DNA of 63,013 nucleotides, counting the filler, from Globobulimina sp. (taxonomy: Eukaryota): the NCBI GenBank assembly GCA_003354225.1. It is 25 parts of 25 records of this genome, joined end to end, with 100 filler letters (N's around TTAATTAATTAA, not from the genome) between each part and the next. Parts side by side here need not be neighbours in the genome. Positions count along the whole stretch, not along the records: positions 12,631 to 15,056 come from PIVH01006751.1; positions 15,157 to 17,582 come from PIVH01006752.1; positions 17,683 to 20,107 come from PIVH01006753.1; positions 20,208 to 22,632 come from PIVH01006754.1; positions 22,733 to 25,157 come from PIVH01006755.1; 20 more parts are not named here. One strand, written 5' to 3'. Position numbers and translations under genes: made by a program. Shown piece after piece: positions 12,631 to 24,350 of this stretch. Numbering within the stretch: the stretch's first letter is position 1; every line of letters begins with the position of its first letter. Below the pieces are notes generated by a model, which had not been told where the DNA came from, searched no databases, and worked only from the letters and a program-made list of their open reading frames with translations.

Positions 12631-12958
12631 GGTGGATGAAGTAACAAAACAGTTACGATTATTGACAAAAAAATATATACCTTTGCCAATTGCAGCATTT
12701 GTAAATCCAATGGGTTGGAACGATAGTAACAGTGATGGATTTTATCTGAACTGGAAATATGGACATATTGAAAGTAATATATTGCAAAATATATTCCGCC
12801 CAAAAGAAGATGAAAATATTTATATTTCATCAAGCAGTTATTCTATAGACCAGGCATATCATGCTGGTGGGATTTGGGCAGCCTTGGAAAATTTAAAAAG
12901 ACATTTTGATATTGATGAACCATTGAAAAATCATTCAGAATGTCCTAGAATATATTGA
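12631..12958 (+). CDS. C-terminal fragment, possibly a flavin-containing amine oxidase / L-amino-acid oxidase
   Basis: W..G..RP...NIYISSSSYS..QAY..GG...A resembles the C-terminal FAD-binding segment of amine oxidases; only ~108 aa are visible. Confidence 0.45.
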
Positions 12959-13195
12959 AAACACTTGTGTATATATATATATATATTTAAGTATACATAG
13001 TAGGACGTAAGTCCGATTCCAGACTCTTAGTTGCCGAGACGTTTTTAATTAGACATTGTGTATTTAAGTGAATTGAAAGTAAAGTCACTAATTGAGACCG
13101 ATACTTAAACAGAAATTTCTAGAAATTCTCCTTCTGGTAAAATATTTTTCGAATTAAAAAAGTTCACAACTATATATTTAATCTCACTGGAAAGC

Positions 13196-14772
13196 ATGCG
13201 CCCCGTACCATGGTTATTATTGCTAGTAATACTCTTCCAATGTATATTCATCTCACTTGGTGCAGATGACGAGGATGATGCAGATTTTGCAATCCTCGAT
13301 GAACTGGAAAGCAGTGAATCATGCGATGGTGGTTGTCGTACACCCGGTCGTTCTAAAACAACTAAAAAACAGCAATCAACCAAAACTAAACCAAAAGCAG
13401 CAAAAAAGTCAGCACAAGAACAACAACAAGAAATACAAGAAATGGTGGGACAATACCAACATTATTTGCAATACATGGAAGAGAATGACAACGGCGAAGA
13501 ACCTCTATCCATTGAACAATTTATGGAGTATATGAATTATATGCAACAGGGCCAAGCCGCAGGCCTTTCACCGGAAGAAGTACAACAAAAATATAAACAC
13601 GACATGGAGCAAAAAGCCATGCAGTCCCCCGAAATACAGCAAGAATTAAAAAACAATTTGCCAGATCTCACAGCTAAGTATGACGACATTGCTTACATTG
13701 GAATCTCAGACATTCCGTCCAGTGCATTGCCACCCAAATCATTCGGATGTGGCACTGTCGGAGTACCCGCAGGCGTATTTTATATGGGATCAGAGCATGA
13801 TGAGAACTATGAAGAAGACGGCGAGTCTCCATATCGCCGAATAAAAATATCCAAACCCTTTTACATGGACGCATGCGAGGTGACAAACGCACAATTTTTA
13901 CACTTCTGGAACGCCACAAATATGAAAGGTTTAATTTCTATATGTCAAATATACTCATTTTTGCTGATATTTACAGGTAAGACTGAAGCAGAGAAATATG
14001 GCTGGTCGTTTGTATTCGAATTATTGGTCTCTGACGAGGTCAATAAAGAGGTTCATAGTGCAGTACAAGGTTTTTTTTTAACTTTTTTGCTGAGTACGAC
14101 GCACAAAGTACTTCTATGAACTAAATAGGGGCAGAATGGTGGATTCCTATCCCGGGCTCGGATTTTCGGCATCCATCAGGACCGGATATGACATTTAATG
14201 ACAGATTGGACCATCCGGCAATGCACATCGGTTGGACGGATGCGAGGAAATATTGCCGTTGGAAGGGAGGTCGATTACCGACTGAGGCGCAGTGGGAATA
14301 TGCGTGCCGTGGTGGCTTAGAAAAGCAAAAGTTTCCGTGGGGTAATGACCGGACACCGAATCTAACGGAGTTTGGCACGTATTCTATGAACATTTTTACG
14401 GGCGAACCGTACTCGAAAGATGATGGGAAAGATGGTTGGCAGTCTACTGCCGTGGTTGGTAGTTATTCGCCGAATGGATATGGATTGTATGATATGACTG
14501 GCAATGTATGGGAGTGGACGGCGGATCATTGGAGTCCGAGACCAAAGGTAGCGCCAAAAGGGAGGCGATTGGTTGATCCGAAAGGACCAAAGCAAGGAAG
14601 GGATAGAACAATGAAGGGTGGCAGTTATATGTGCCATGCTACGACTTGCAGAAGGTACCGATGTTCGGGTCGCTCGCATGCCGAACCGGATTCGTCCACT
14701 GCTAATTTAGGGTTTAGATGCATTTATGATAAGGATCCAAACAAGAAGCAAAAAGACAAAAAAGAGTTGTAA
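13196..14772 (+). CDS. SUMF1: Formylglycine-generating enzyme (sulfatase-modifying factor 1); introns 13929-13976 and 14070-14128
   Basis: Signal peptide; FYMGS, EVTNAQF, TEAEKYGWSFVF, RLPTEAQWEYACRGG, NGYGLYDMTGNVWEW, GGSYMCHATTCRRYRCSGRS, NLGFRC. Splicing the two GT-AG introns gives continuous FGE sequence; C-terminal KKEL. Confidence 0.93.
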
Positions 14773-15593
14773 CTAAAGCTTTGCTAAAATTAGCTCAATA
14801 ATAACCTGACTACTTTTTCATTGCTTGTTGTTATTTTTTATCCCATAAACGTACAAAAAAAGCAGAAAGCATAAATATTAACAATAGGATTGAAGATGCA
14901 GCCAAAATTCGCGTTTCACTTTTTTTACATAAATATTTTACATGACATAGTTATTTTTTGACAAAATAACTTATCATTTTGTTTTCCATAATATATCTAA
15001 ATATCTATGGCTACGCATATCTGTAGCCGCCATCACTCATCGCTCACCACAATAAANNNNNNNNNNNNNNNNNNNNNNNNNNNNNNNNNNNNNNNNNNNN
15101 TTAATTAATTAANNNNNNNNNNNNNNNNNNNNNNNNNNNNNNNNNNNNNNNNNNNNTTATTAATAAAGAAATACAATGATACATTTTTAAAATGTGGATA
15201 TAAATTACAAATTGGAAAACAAAATCATGTTCAATTTGGAAGTTGCGATAGTTTTGAGATAGTAAAAGAATGATTGTTGTTATTTCTGTAAAATATATTT
15301 CCAATTCAATTTATGTATATTTGTCTTTTTACACTTTTGTGGTTGACATTTAAGAGTTTTTAAGAGGGTACGACTAGTTGGACTCATGAAATGAAAGTCA
15401 GTCAAATGATATTTCTTCAAACAATGTGTGATATACAAATTTAAAGCATAGATAAATTTTGAATATACATGATACACATTACACAGCAGCTATTTATTCA
15501 ACATAAAAAAAGGAAAAGGAAAACAAACACAAACGTAATTATAAAACAATGCAACTCTGGAAAGAAAAAAGGAAATTAAAAAAAAGCAATCAA

Positions 15594-17582
15594 TCATTCA
15601 TTTATATTTTCTAGATTTAATTTGTGCAATATCTCATCATTCAAATTATGCTTAAATGTATTGAGAATTTGTTGCGTCAAAAACAGCACTTTTTTCTCCA
15701 AACTTTGCTTTGATTTTTTCAATTTGACATACTTCTCATTTATAATATCAACGTGTGTCCGCGTCGACGTCTGTACATGCTGCGAATCCACAGCTTTCTG
15801 TCCATAAAACACGGCGTCCTGCGCCACCTGCCGCAATTGCGAGATTTGCTCTTTTTGGATTCTAATCTTCTTCTCGTAGCCCACTTTCATGGCTTCCATC
15901 TCCTGAATCAAACTCCTTTTCTCCTCATCCAAGTCCTCCACCATAATGGTGGCGATATCCCTTTCTTTATCGACCTCAGACTGCAATTTGAGTTTTAATT
16001 TTTTGACCTCGATCTCAGAGAATTGCTTCACAGAAAGGTTCTCCTCCTTCAATAATCCGATCTGATCCTCCAAATTATGCAATTTCCATTGATGCTGAAT
16101 CTCCATTTTATTGATTTCATCCACCAATGTTTGCTTGACGCGTTCTGACTGTTCATTGAATTTGCGGTTAAGGTTCGAACTCGAACTCGGCTCCTTTTTG
16201 TTGATCAGTTCCTGTTCGCGAACGTATTGCTGTTCGTGTTGCTGTTGCAAGCGAATTAACCTTTGCTTAAACTCGATTTCTTGCTGCGCCAACTGCGTAT
16301 TTTTGACAATCAACAAAGTGGACAGAGACTGGCATTCCGCGCTCATTTCCTCCAACTTACATCGTACGGTTATCTCTCGTTTATTTGTCATCCTTTCCAG
16401 CTGTTTGTATTTGTCCTTTTCCTCCATCAGCAAGCTCCAATATCTCTCCTTCAGCGCTTCCAAGTCCTTCTCATGCGACAACCGCACGGAATTCAGCAAA
16501 TGCTCAATCTCCGTCTTCTTGCGCTCATTGTCCACGCTCTCATTAATCATGTCGTTGACCGCCAATATCTTCGTCGGCAAATCGTTCAACAACGGCCGAG
16601 CGCGCAACTTAAGCTCCAATTTGTGGCGTAACTCCAAGGTCATATTCCTGCGGTGCTTGGCAAAGGCGCCGGGCGTGGAATATTCGCTCTTTTTCGAGAA
16701 TGAATACTGCGGCACCAGGCCGCGTGCGATCAGCTCGCGAGGATCCGGCCGATTATACAAATGGGCGTCCAATTTCTGCGCCAGATTGTCGCCCAAATAT
16801 TGGTCCAACACCAAACTGCGGCCTCTCTTCCGCTTAGTTTTGCCGTTCATCAACTTCCTTTTCTTGCGGCTTTGCATCTCGTTCTGCTCCATTCCGGGCA
16901 CATTATTATTGCTTCCACGCTCGCTCTCGAAAATGGATTGGAAGTCCGGCTCGTCTTTGATTTGCTGGATGATGCTCAACGACGGCGGCGACGGCGCCGG
17001 AGACATGATCAAAATGCCTAATTCGAACAGGCTTTCTCGCGGCGCGCGTTCCAACAATTTCAGCTCTAACTGAGCCATGCTGTCTTGCCGCCGTTTGCGC
17101 CGTTTGTCAATGTACAATGTCTGCGGCGTGATTGGCGAATAATTGCTCGCCGACTCCGCCTCTTTGGGGTCACGCGCTTCTGCCAAAGGCGAGGGAGTTT
17201 GCGTCAAAGTTTCGAATGCAAAGAGCGGCGAAACGGAGTTTGTATTTGCATTTATATTCATATTCATATTCTTTTTGGCGTCGTTGGCCTTTTTGTAGTT
17301 AAAACTGGCCATTTTGTGGGGACTCGGCGGCAACGAAGGCAGTATGTTCTTGTCCCACAACTGCTGTATTTCGGGCCGAACGGGAAGAAATTGCTCGAGT
17401 ACCAAACTGGCGCGCGATTTGGCAGTTTTTTCGATGCGTTTGCGTTTCACGCCGCGTTTGCTGACTTTGTTGACTTTGTGGCTGTTTTTGCTCAGATCCA
17501 GGCTCAAATTGGTGGTATCGATCACTTTCTCGTCGTCGTTGTCGGCGGGATGGGCGAGGTCGTGCGGCATGAAATATTTGTA
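15594..17582 (-). CDS. RPEL-repeat (G-actin-binding) protein with a C-terminal coiled coil, possibly 5'-partial
   Basis: Four RPEL-like units (LPVRPEIQQLWDKNIL, LLERAPRESLFELGIL, LYNRPDPRELIARGLV, LRARPLLNDL), then a long E/K/Q/L heptad region. Confidence 0.8.
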   Translation of the reverse strand, partial: YKYFMPHDLAHPADNDDEKVIDTTNLSLDLSKNSHKVNKVSKRGVKRKRIEKTAKSRASLVLEQFLPVRPEIQQLWDKNILPSLPPSPHKMASFNYKKANDAKKNMNMNINANTNSVSPLFAFETLTQTPSPLAEARDPKEAESASNYSPITPQTLYIDKRRKRRQDSMAQLELKLLERAPRESLFELGILIMSPAPSPPSLSIIQQIKDEPDFQSIFESERGSNNNVPGMEQNEMQSRKKRKLMNGKTKRKRGRSLVLDQYLGDNLAQKLDAHLYNRPDPRELIARGLVPQYSFSKKSEYSTPGAFAKHRRNMTLELRHKLELKLRARPLLNDLPTKILAVNDMINESVDNERKKTEIEHLLNSVRLSHEKDLEALKERYWSLLMEEKDKYKQLERMTNKREITVRCKLEEMSAECQSLSTLLIVKNTQLAQQEIEFKQRLIRLQQQHEQQYVREQELINKKEPSSSSNLNRKFNEQSERVKQTLVDEINKMEIQHQWKLHNLEDQIGLLKEENLSVKQFSEIEVKKLKLKLQSEVDKERDIATIMVEDLDEEKRSLIQEMEAMKVGYEKKIRIQKEQISQLRQVAQDAVFYGQKAVDSQHVQTSTRTHVDIINEKYVKLKKSKQSLEKKVLFLTQQILNTFKHNLNDEILHKLNLENINE

Positions 17583-17682
17583 NNNNNNNNNNNNNNNNNN
17601 NNNNNNNNNNNNNNNNNNNNNNNNNNTTAATTAATTAANNNNNNNNNNNNNNNNNNNNNNNNNNNNNNNNNNNNNNNNNNNN

Positions 17683-20107
17683 TTAAAGACAAAAAACAAA
17701 GAATACAGTCTGTTTGGAGGAGTTTTATAGAAAAAGGGCTATCTTCGCCTGGAGCTTCAAAGAAGAAGACCTCCAAAGCTGTGGCCATGACATCAACGGA
17801 TAAGTTTTATAGATATTTGCAACAATTGAATCAAACTAAATTACCGATTGGAATAAAATCAATTAAAATCATATCACATAATTACCCACAAATCGCCAGG
17901 GAGCTCGAAAACAAAAATGATGAACAAAAAGTTGCAGAGCTGGGACCGGAGCAAAAAGTAAGTGTAGTAACGGATGAATTTGTCATTTGTGAGAAAATTG
18001 GTGGTGGGGACACAGTGTCCATTGCGTGCAAGAAAGAAAACCGTGATTTGAAATTAATACCTTTTGGCTGTGTGGCAGCACACATTTCATCGTCAGATAA
18101 GTTAGAATTTACTGTATTGAATGGCAGGGCGTTCACATTTTTACCATTACCGATCAAAACCGGATTACCCATCCATATAAATTCATATTTTGAGCTGAGT
18201 GCGAATCGTCGTGATTTGTGGTGGGGACTGGATATGCATGGCGTGGGAGCACAGAGACATAAATGGAACGAGTCATTGTTGCGGCATGTATTAGCACCGT
18301 CGTACACATATTTGATACGATATATTGCAAAGACATATGCTAAAGACTTACCTGCGATAATTAATAAATACTATGGATTGTTCCCGCAGCAAGTTAATAA
18401 TGGCCCATTTATGGAATTAATGCAATCTTTTTATGCGAATATATCCAATGTAAATGTGCTGTATTCTCCTTTGAATGATGGTCAATGGCTATCGCCAGCA
18501 AAATGTATTGCTTTTATGGATGAGACGGAACCTGAACAGAAATCAAATGAGGAGGTTGATGTGAAGGATAATAAGCGCATTAATAAAATATGTCGTATCC
18601 GATCTATATTGTTAAAATGCGATATATCGGTGGTTACGTTGCAGAAATTCTTGATTGAACAACTAACCAAAGCCGGATTGAATGAGTATTCATCGATGTG
18701 GCTGAGAACAAAGTTTTTATCCTCATTTGATAAACGAATGGAGAGCTTATCATATGAGGATTGTATATTTTTATTAGGATTGTGTTTAGAAGATATTACT
18801 GCCAATAATATTGCGCAAATTTATAATTTACCGATATTGCCATTAAGTAATGGCACATTTACGCGGTTTTTGACGAATAAAGTGCCAACCAATAAACGTG
18901 TTTTTTTTACCACTGATGAAAAGTTTATAGATTTGTTAAAAACTGCGCCGACTACAATAAAACAGGCGGAATTCGCTAAAAAATCGGAGAATAAACAGGC
19001 CAATGATGGTAATATTAGTACGCGAGTGATTGCGTCCAATCTACCATCAGTTATAACTGCTAAATTATCCAATGAAGATATCATAAAATATACCAATATA
19101 TTTGTTGCCAATCATGAGACATTAATAGAATTATTACCTACTTTATTATGCAAGCAATGTTCCACACAATTTGAAGTAATATGGGATGGAAAATCACCGT
19201 CCAAACGATGGATAAATGAGTTATGGATTTACTTTAAAAATGTCCAAGATATAATGGAACGGTTAGCAAAGTTATGTGTTTTACCAGTTATTACATATTT
19301 GCCTCATTCATATAAGTCGGAAAAGAAATTAATTCGACCAAATATAACTGACAATGTATATATTGATATCCATCAATTTGATGAACCTTTAAAACAATTA
19401 TTATATCAAATTGGTGTTTGTTGCATTGATAATAAACATATTGTAAACAATATCGCTGCAGGAAAATATATCTATCCCTCGTCCATTATTGGCATATTAA
19501 AAGCGATAAATCAATTAATCAGCACTCATTTCGATGGTATTTCCAGCACATTTTGTACGAAAATGTTTAACCAAAATGTAAATAAACATCAACGACGTTC
19601 ATTACGCCAATTTATAGTGCGACAAATTGAAAATCTACAATATGATATTATAAATAACAGCAAACAACGCAAAACTATCTCAAATTTTAAATCCATTATC
19701 CGAGCTTTACCCATTTATGAAATATTTAGCGCAGAAACGGACGAAAAAGAACATAAAAATGATAAAAATGATATCAATTCGTTTCTGAGTTTAACCTCTA
19801 ACCAAAATGATTTAATATGGCCACCGTCCGATGTCAACATTAATTCCTTTGTTAACGATCCAAAAAACAAAAATATTTCTATTTTATTTCTAAAAGTCGA
19901 AGGCGATGGTAACAGTTACAACAAATTGTTACACTTTTTAGGCGAGAAACAATTATCAAAATCAGCCTTTTATAACGATTACATATTGCCAAAAATGGAG
20001 GAGTTTTCATCCAATACACGTGACGCTGTGGTACTGTCTTTATTGCGTAATTTGCAATCATTGCAAGCCACAGATCCCGATTTTGTTAGCAAATTATTAA
20101 AACATCC
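17683..20107 (+). CDS. Sacsin-like protein, internal fragment
   Basis: GRAFTFLPLPIKTGLPIHINSYFELSANRRDLW...WNESLL is the sacsin repeat-region signature; LPILPLSNGTF; frame open to the contig end. Confidence 0.88.
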
Positions 20108-20207
20108 NNNNNNNNNNNNNNNNNNNNNNNNNNNNNNNNNNNNNNNNNNNNTTAATTAATTAANNNNNNNNNNNNNNNNNNNNNNNNNNNNNNNNNNNNN
20201 NNNNNNN

Positions 20208-20706
20208 GTTAGCAGTGGTGGACAATGTAATAGATTGGGGGGCATTTACCAAGTCATTGTCAAAAATAGTGGGGGAAGGCATATTGTGTGTAATGGTGTT
20301 ATCCTCTGACGGCACATTGTTATCAAGCTTCGGTGTTAAATCAAAGTCTGCAAAACGCATCATTCCGCCTTTACTGACCTCAATATGGAGAATTACATCG
20401 GATGTTGGCAAAAAGTTTGTGGATGCTCGCGGTTTGGAATTAATGTTTGTAAATTGTAAATTGGGCCGTATTGTTGTATCGGTGATCCCCGACGACCAGC
20501 CATATTTTATTTGCTTGTTGGCTCAAAATGAAATGGAATTGGGTTTATTGAAAGTGAAACTTGAATTAATCACCGATCAATTGGCAAAAATACTGTTTAA
20601 CGAAGATGATGAAGACGAGGAGGATATTGATAATGAACAAGACATTGTTCCGCCAACAAATATGCCATCAAATGCAGAAATTCAATCCCTTGGCTCTTGC
20701 ATGTGA
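20208..20706 (+). CDS. Roadblock/LC7-domain protein (LAMTOR2-like)
   Basis: GILCVMVLSSDGTLLSS...LLTSIW...LELMFVNCKLGRIVV...ELGLLKVKLELITDQL; acidic tail. Confidence 0.75.
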
Positions 20707-20796
20707 CTTGCAATTGGACAGTAAATCAAACGCCTTGTGTGCAAGGAGAAAACTGTTGAAAAAATGGAATTAAATTATTAAAACTTTTATTTTCTA

Positions 20797-22059
20797 ATGT
20801 CAACACTTCTGGTCGAGGATGATGGTGATGGTGATGGTGATGATGATATCCACGAGCCACCACTTAAAAAATTCAAACCAAATACAATTGAAATTAGTAA
20901 ACCAAGAGCAATTGTATTGGATATCGAAGGGACAGTAATAAGTAAATATTTTTATGAGGATGTCTTATTACCATACACTAGACATAATTTTCGAGAGTTT
21001 CTTTATGAAAACAGTGATTTTGAACATATCAGCAAACGGATTGAAATGATAAAAGAGGAATATTTTCAACAATATCCAGAAAAGGAAGAAATGTTTAATC
21101 ATTATTTTAATCAAACTGCGTACAATCAATATATTCAACAAATAACCGACAGACAAAAGAATGCAAATATTATTATTAATAACAATGAAAATGAACAAAG
21201 TGTGATCATATTAAATAATAATAAGAACATTCAAAATAAGAATAAGAATAAAAATGAAATTATTGAATTGATTGAGGATAATAATAATAATAAAAACGAG
21301 AGCAATAAAAGTATAGAAATAATAGATGTCGATGAAGATATTGACATTGATACAAATGAGAAAAAGAGGCAATTTGTGGATATCATAAGCATTGATGATG
21401 AGGAGGAGGAGGAGGAAGATGTTGATATAGAATCGGCAGAAGAGTCAATATCAAGGAGCGAGTTGACTGAGTTCAGTGTAATGAGTAAAACAGAATTTTA
21501 CAGAGAAAAACAGATAAATTTATTGATGGATATTATTGATGAATGGTTTGATAATAATATAAAAATAAAAGCAATGCAATATTTACAAGGCTTGATCGTC
21601 GAAAATGGATTTAAAGGAAAAGAACTAAAATCAAATATTTATGAGGATTGTTATAATGCGATTAGAAAATGGAAAGAAATGAATAATATCAATATTTATA
21701 TATATTCGCACGGCACCAAAGCTGCTCAAAAATTATTATTTAAATATTCAGAATATGGCGATTTAAATAAATATATTTCAAGGTATTTTGATAAAAATGA
21801 TATTGGAAATAAGAAATATTGGAAATCGTATCGGAAATTATTGAATGAGATAGAAAGTGAGCAATGGGAGGATGAGGAGGCAGCTTCTGATGTATTGTTT
21901 ATATCTGATAATGTTTTGGAGTTAGAAGCAGCGGAATCGATGGGATTTAGAGTCATCCAAAGTGTAAGGGAGGATACAGTCGGCCATGCCGATTATTGTC
22001 AATTTTCTGATTTTAATCAGATTGAATGGACTGAAAAACATATTGATTATATATCATGA
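20797..22059 (+). CDS. ENOPH1: Enolase-phosphatase E1-like HAD hydrolase (methionine salvage) with a long low-complexity insertion
   Basis: AIVLDIEGT, LQGLIVENGF, IYIYSHGTKAAQKLLFKYSEYGDL, GNKK...SY, VLFISDNVLELEAA. Confidence 0.85.
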   Translation: MSTLLVEDDGDGDGDDDIHEPPLKKFKPNTIEISKPRAIVLDIEGTVISKYFYEDVLLPYTRHNFREFLYENSDFEHISKRIEMIKEEYFQQYPEKEEMFNHYFNQTAYNQYIQQITDRQKNANIIINNNENEQSVIILNNNKNIQNKNKNKNEIIELIEDNNNNKNESNKSIEIIDVDEDIDIDTNEKKRQFVDIISIDDEEEEEEDVDIESAEESISRSELTEFSVMSKTEFYREKQINLLMDIIDEWFDNNIKIKAMQYLQGLIVENGFKGKELKSNIYEDCYNAIRKWKEMNNINIYIYSHGTKAAQKLLFKYSEYGDLNKYISRYFDKNDIGNKKYWKSYRKLLNEIESEQWEDEEAASDVLFISDNVLELEAAESMGFRVIQSVREDTVGHADYCQFSDFNQIEWTEKHIDYIS

Positions 22060-22379
22060 TTATAATAATCATAATCACACAAAGTAATCGTTTGTTGCGT
22101 GTCAGACATGTTGTTTTGTTGTAAAGTCATATTACGATTTTCGAAAGGGTTTACCTATTTGGATCCTGTCCATAAATTTAAGCAAACCATTAATAATAAC
22201 GGTGTTCTTCCACAAAAACAGCAAATAACAAATATTTACAACTATTAACTTCTCATATTCTTGTTTTACTATTTATTAATATTACTCAGAGAAAAAAATA
22301 AAGAAAAAAAAATAACAGTTATTAAACGTTTAAAATTTCTTCAAAACTTAAGAAAAACAAAGAACTGTGAAAAAAATAT

Positions 22380-22632
22380 TTAAACCTCTTCATAATCTGC
22401 CACCACATTCAACTCCGCATATTCTTGTTTTACTGTTTTATTATAATTATAAAAAACAAAGGCACCGCACGCCACACACATACAGCCGGCCATACAAATC
22501 AAAATCAGAAATATTGTAAAAATATCCAATAACATCAATGCCAACAATGGATTGTTCGAAAGCGAAGGCGGTCTACGCACCACAGGCACCACCGCCCTAT
22601 CTCCGCCATATGCATTATACGCATCATATCCG
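22380..22632 (-). CDS. C-terminal fragment of a single-pass membrane protein
   Basis: One hydrophobic helix (LLALMLLDIFTIFLILICMAGCMCVACGAFVF) followed by a short tail. Confidence 0.5.
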
Positions 22633-23050
22633 NNNNNNNNNNNNNNNNNNNNNNNNNNNNNNNNNNNNNNNNNNNNTTAATTAATTAANNNNNNNNNNNN
22701 NNNNNNNNNNNNNNNNNNNNNNNNNNNNNNNNGGCAAAGCATGTAATTTTAAACAAGGCAAATACAGAGCTGCAATAAGTGCATATATCTCCGGATGTGC
22801 AGTAGAAATAATTGATTGATTTGTGTCATTTATGTTTAATATAATGAGAATACCGATGTTCTTCAGATATCTCAACACTCTTAAAATTTTCCAGTCTTTT
22901 AAATTGCAAGGCGTGAAAAAGTAACCAAACATCATTTTAATACGCGTCATGGTCTCAGACTAAAAGTGATTTGTAATCAAATATATTAAAAAAAACGTTG
23001 CGCAGCAAGTGACAATAATGTCATTTAGATTGAACCAAGATAATGGTTTG

Positions 23051-24045
23051 ATGAACTTCATTCAACTCATTTTGATATTTTCTTCCTACATTATCAGTAT
23101 AAGCTCATCACAGTGTATGTATTACACATTTCCTGTATTAATTTGACTGCATCAAGCAAGAAAACACAATGTCTCCAGATTACGGTGATCTATGTATTAC
23201 ATCATCTCAACAAAGCCATCCAAATGTAGCCTATATATTGGGAACATATGTATGGTCATCATTTAATCCTACAACAAACAGCTCCACTTATTTGGGCCCT
23301 CATTATTATTTATATGAATATATGTGGCCCGCTGGAACTCAATATTGGTACATTGGATCAAATGTATCATCTTTGTGGATATCAGGGCTGTGTGAATTGT
23401 ATAATATAGCTGATATTGCACAACATTCATGTGTTGGGAATTGGAGAGTATACAATGGCTCATCATTTGAGCTTGTTCCTGATATGAAAGTGCGAAAATG
23501 TTCAGATCCGACTGATTCACCAATGCCTGAACCGCCTGATTTTGCCAAAGATATATGTATTTCTGGAACGCCGCCGGGTGTGGTCAACGTATCGTGGTCA
23601 ATTAATATGTTTGGGAGATATTCATGGTCAACGTACCATCCCTCTATCTCAGGTGCCAATGTCTATCGATGTCTAGGCTGTCATGATCATGATCTCTGGA
23701 CTTGGTATTTATTTTTACGTTCAAATCAAAGTCATAATTATTGGTATGTCGCTAATAGCTACATCACAGAATACCGGAATAAGGCATATTGCGGCGAACC
23801 GAATATAGATATTACAAATGATTCATGCCTGGGTGCCTGGCGATATTATTACAATGGATCTTTCATTATTATTGATGATATGGAGGCCGTCTTATGTGCA
23901 GAGCCAACAACCACTTCAGTTGATATTAGCACAGAGTCAACAGAGTCGAATAGGGATATTAGCACAGAGGGTTGGGTTGGAATTATTTTGTTAATAATTT
24001 GTACGCCTATACTCTTAATTCTTTGTTACGCCAAATTTTCAAAAC
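23051..24045 (+). CDS. Eukaryotic type I membrane protein with two ~105-aa Trp/Tyr/Cys repeats; intron 23115-23178; truncated at the chimeric junction
   Basis: Signal peptide MNFIQLILIFSSYIISISSSQ; repeats (D.CI..G.Y.W...YWY...C...SC.G.WR.YNGS); Thr/Ser stalk; TM GWVGIILLIICTPILLILCY. Confidence 0.65.
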
Positions 24046-24203
24046 GAGAGGAAGCAGTCGAATTCTCCTTCTGTTATTTTCCAGCCCTGTAGGTTTGCGG
24101 ATTCAAAGTCGAAGCGAAGGTTTTTTTGAGCGGATTGCGCGTGTGCAGAGAGGCTTATCAGGGTAGTGAGGAGCAGTGTTAGCGTTCTGGTTTTTGACAA
24201 CAT
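24039..24203 (-). CDS. Bacterial secreted-protein N-terminus (54 aa), cut off at the junction
   Basis: Hand translation MLSKTRTLTLLLTTLISLSAHAQSAQKNLRFDFESANLQGWKITEGEFDCFLS; AHA signal-peptidase site; GGAG Shine-Dalgarno just upstream of the ATG. Confidence 0.7.
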   Translation of the reverse strand: MLSKTRTLTLLLTTLISLSAHAQSAQKNLRFDFESANLQGWKITEGEFDCFLSF

Positions 24204-24350
24204 GGCACGATCTCCGTTATTGGCGATGCGTTGATTATAGCGGAAACTGGTTTTTGATTCAATGTTGCTTATAAGATGGAGTTTATGGTGCGTTGCAATT
24301 GGATTGTCGATAGACTATAATATGGATTCGTGTTTTATCGAGGATATGAG

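Noticed and set aside
16111-17073. 320-aa plus-strand ORF
   Set aside because: Antisense shadow of the RPEL/coiled-coil gene with no recognisable motifs.
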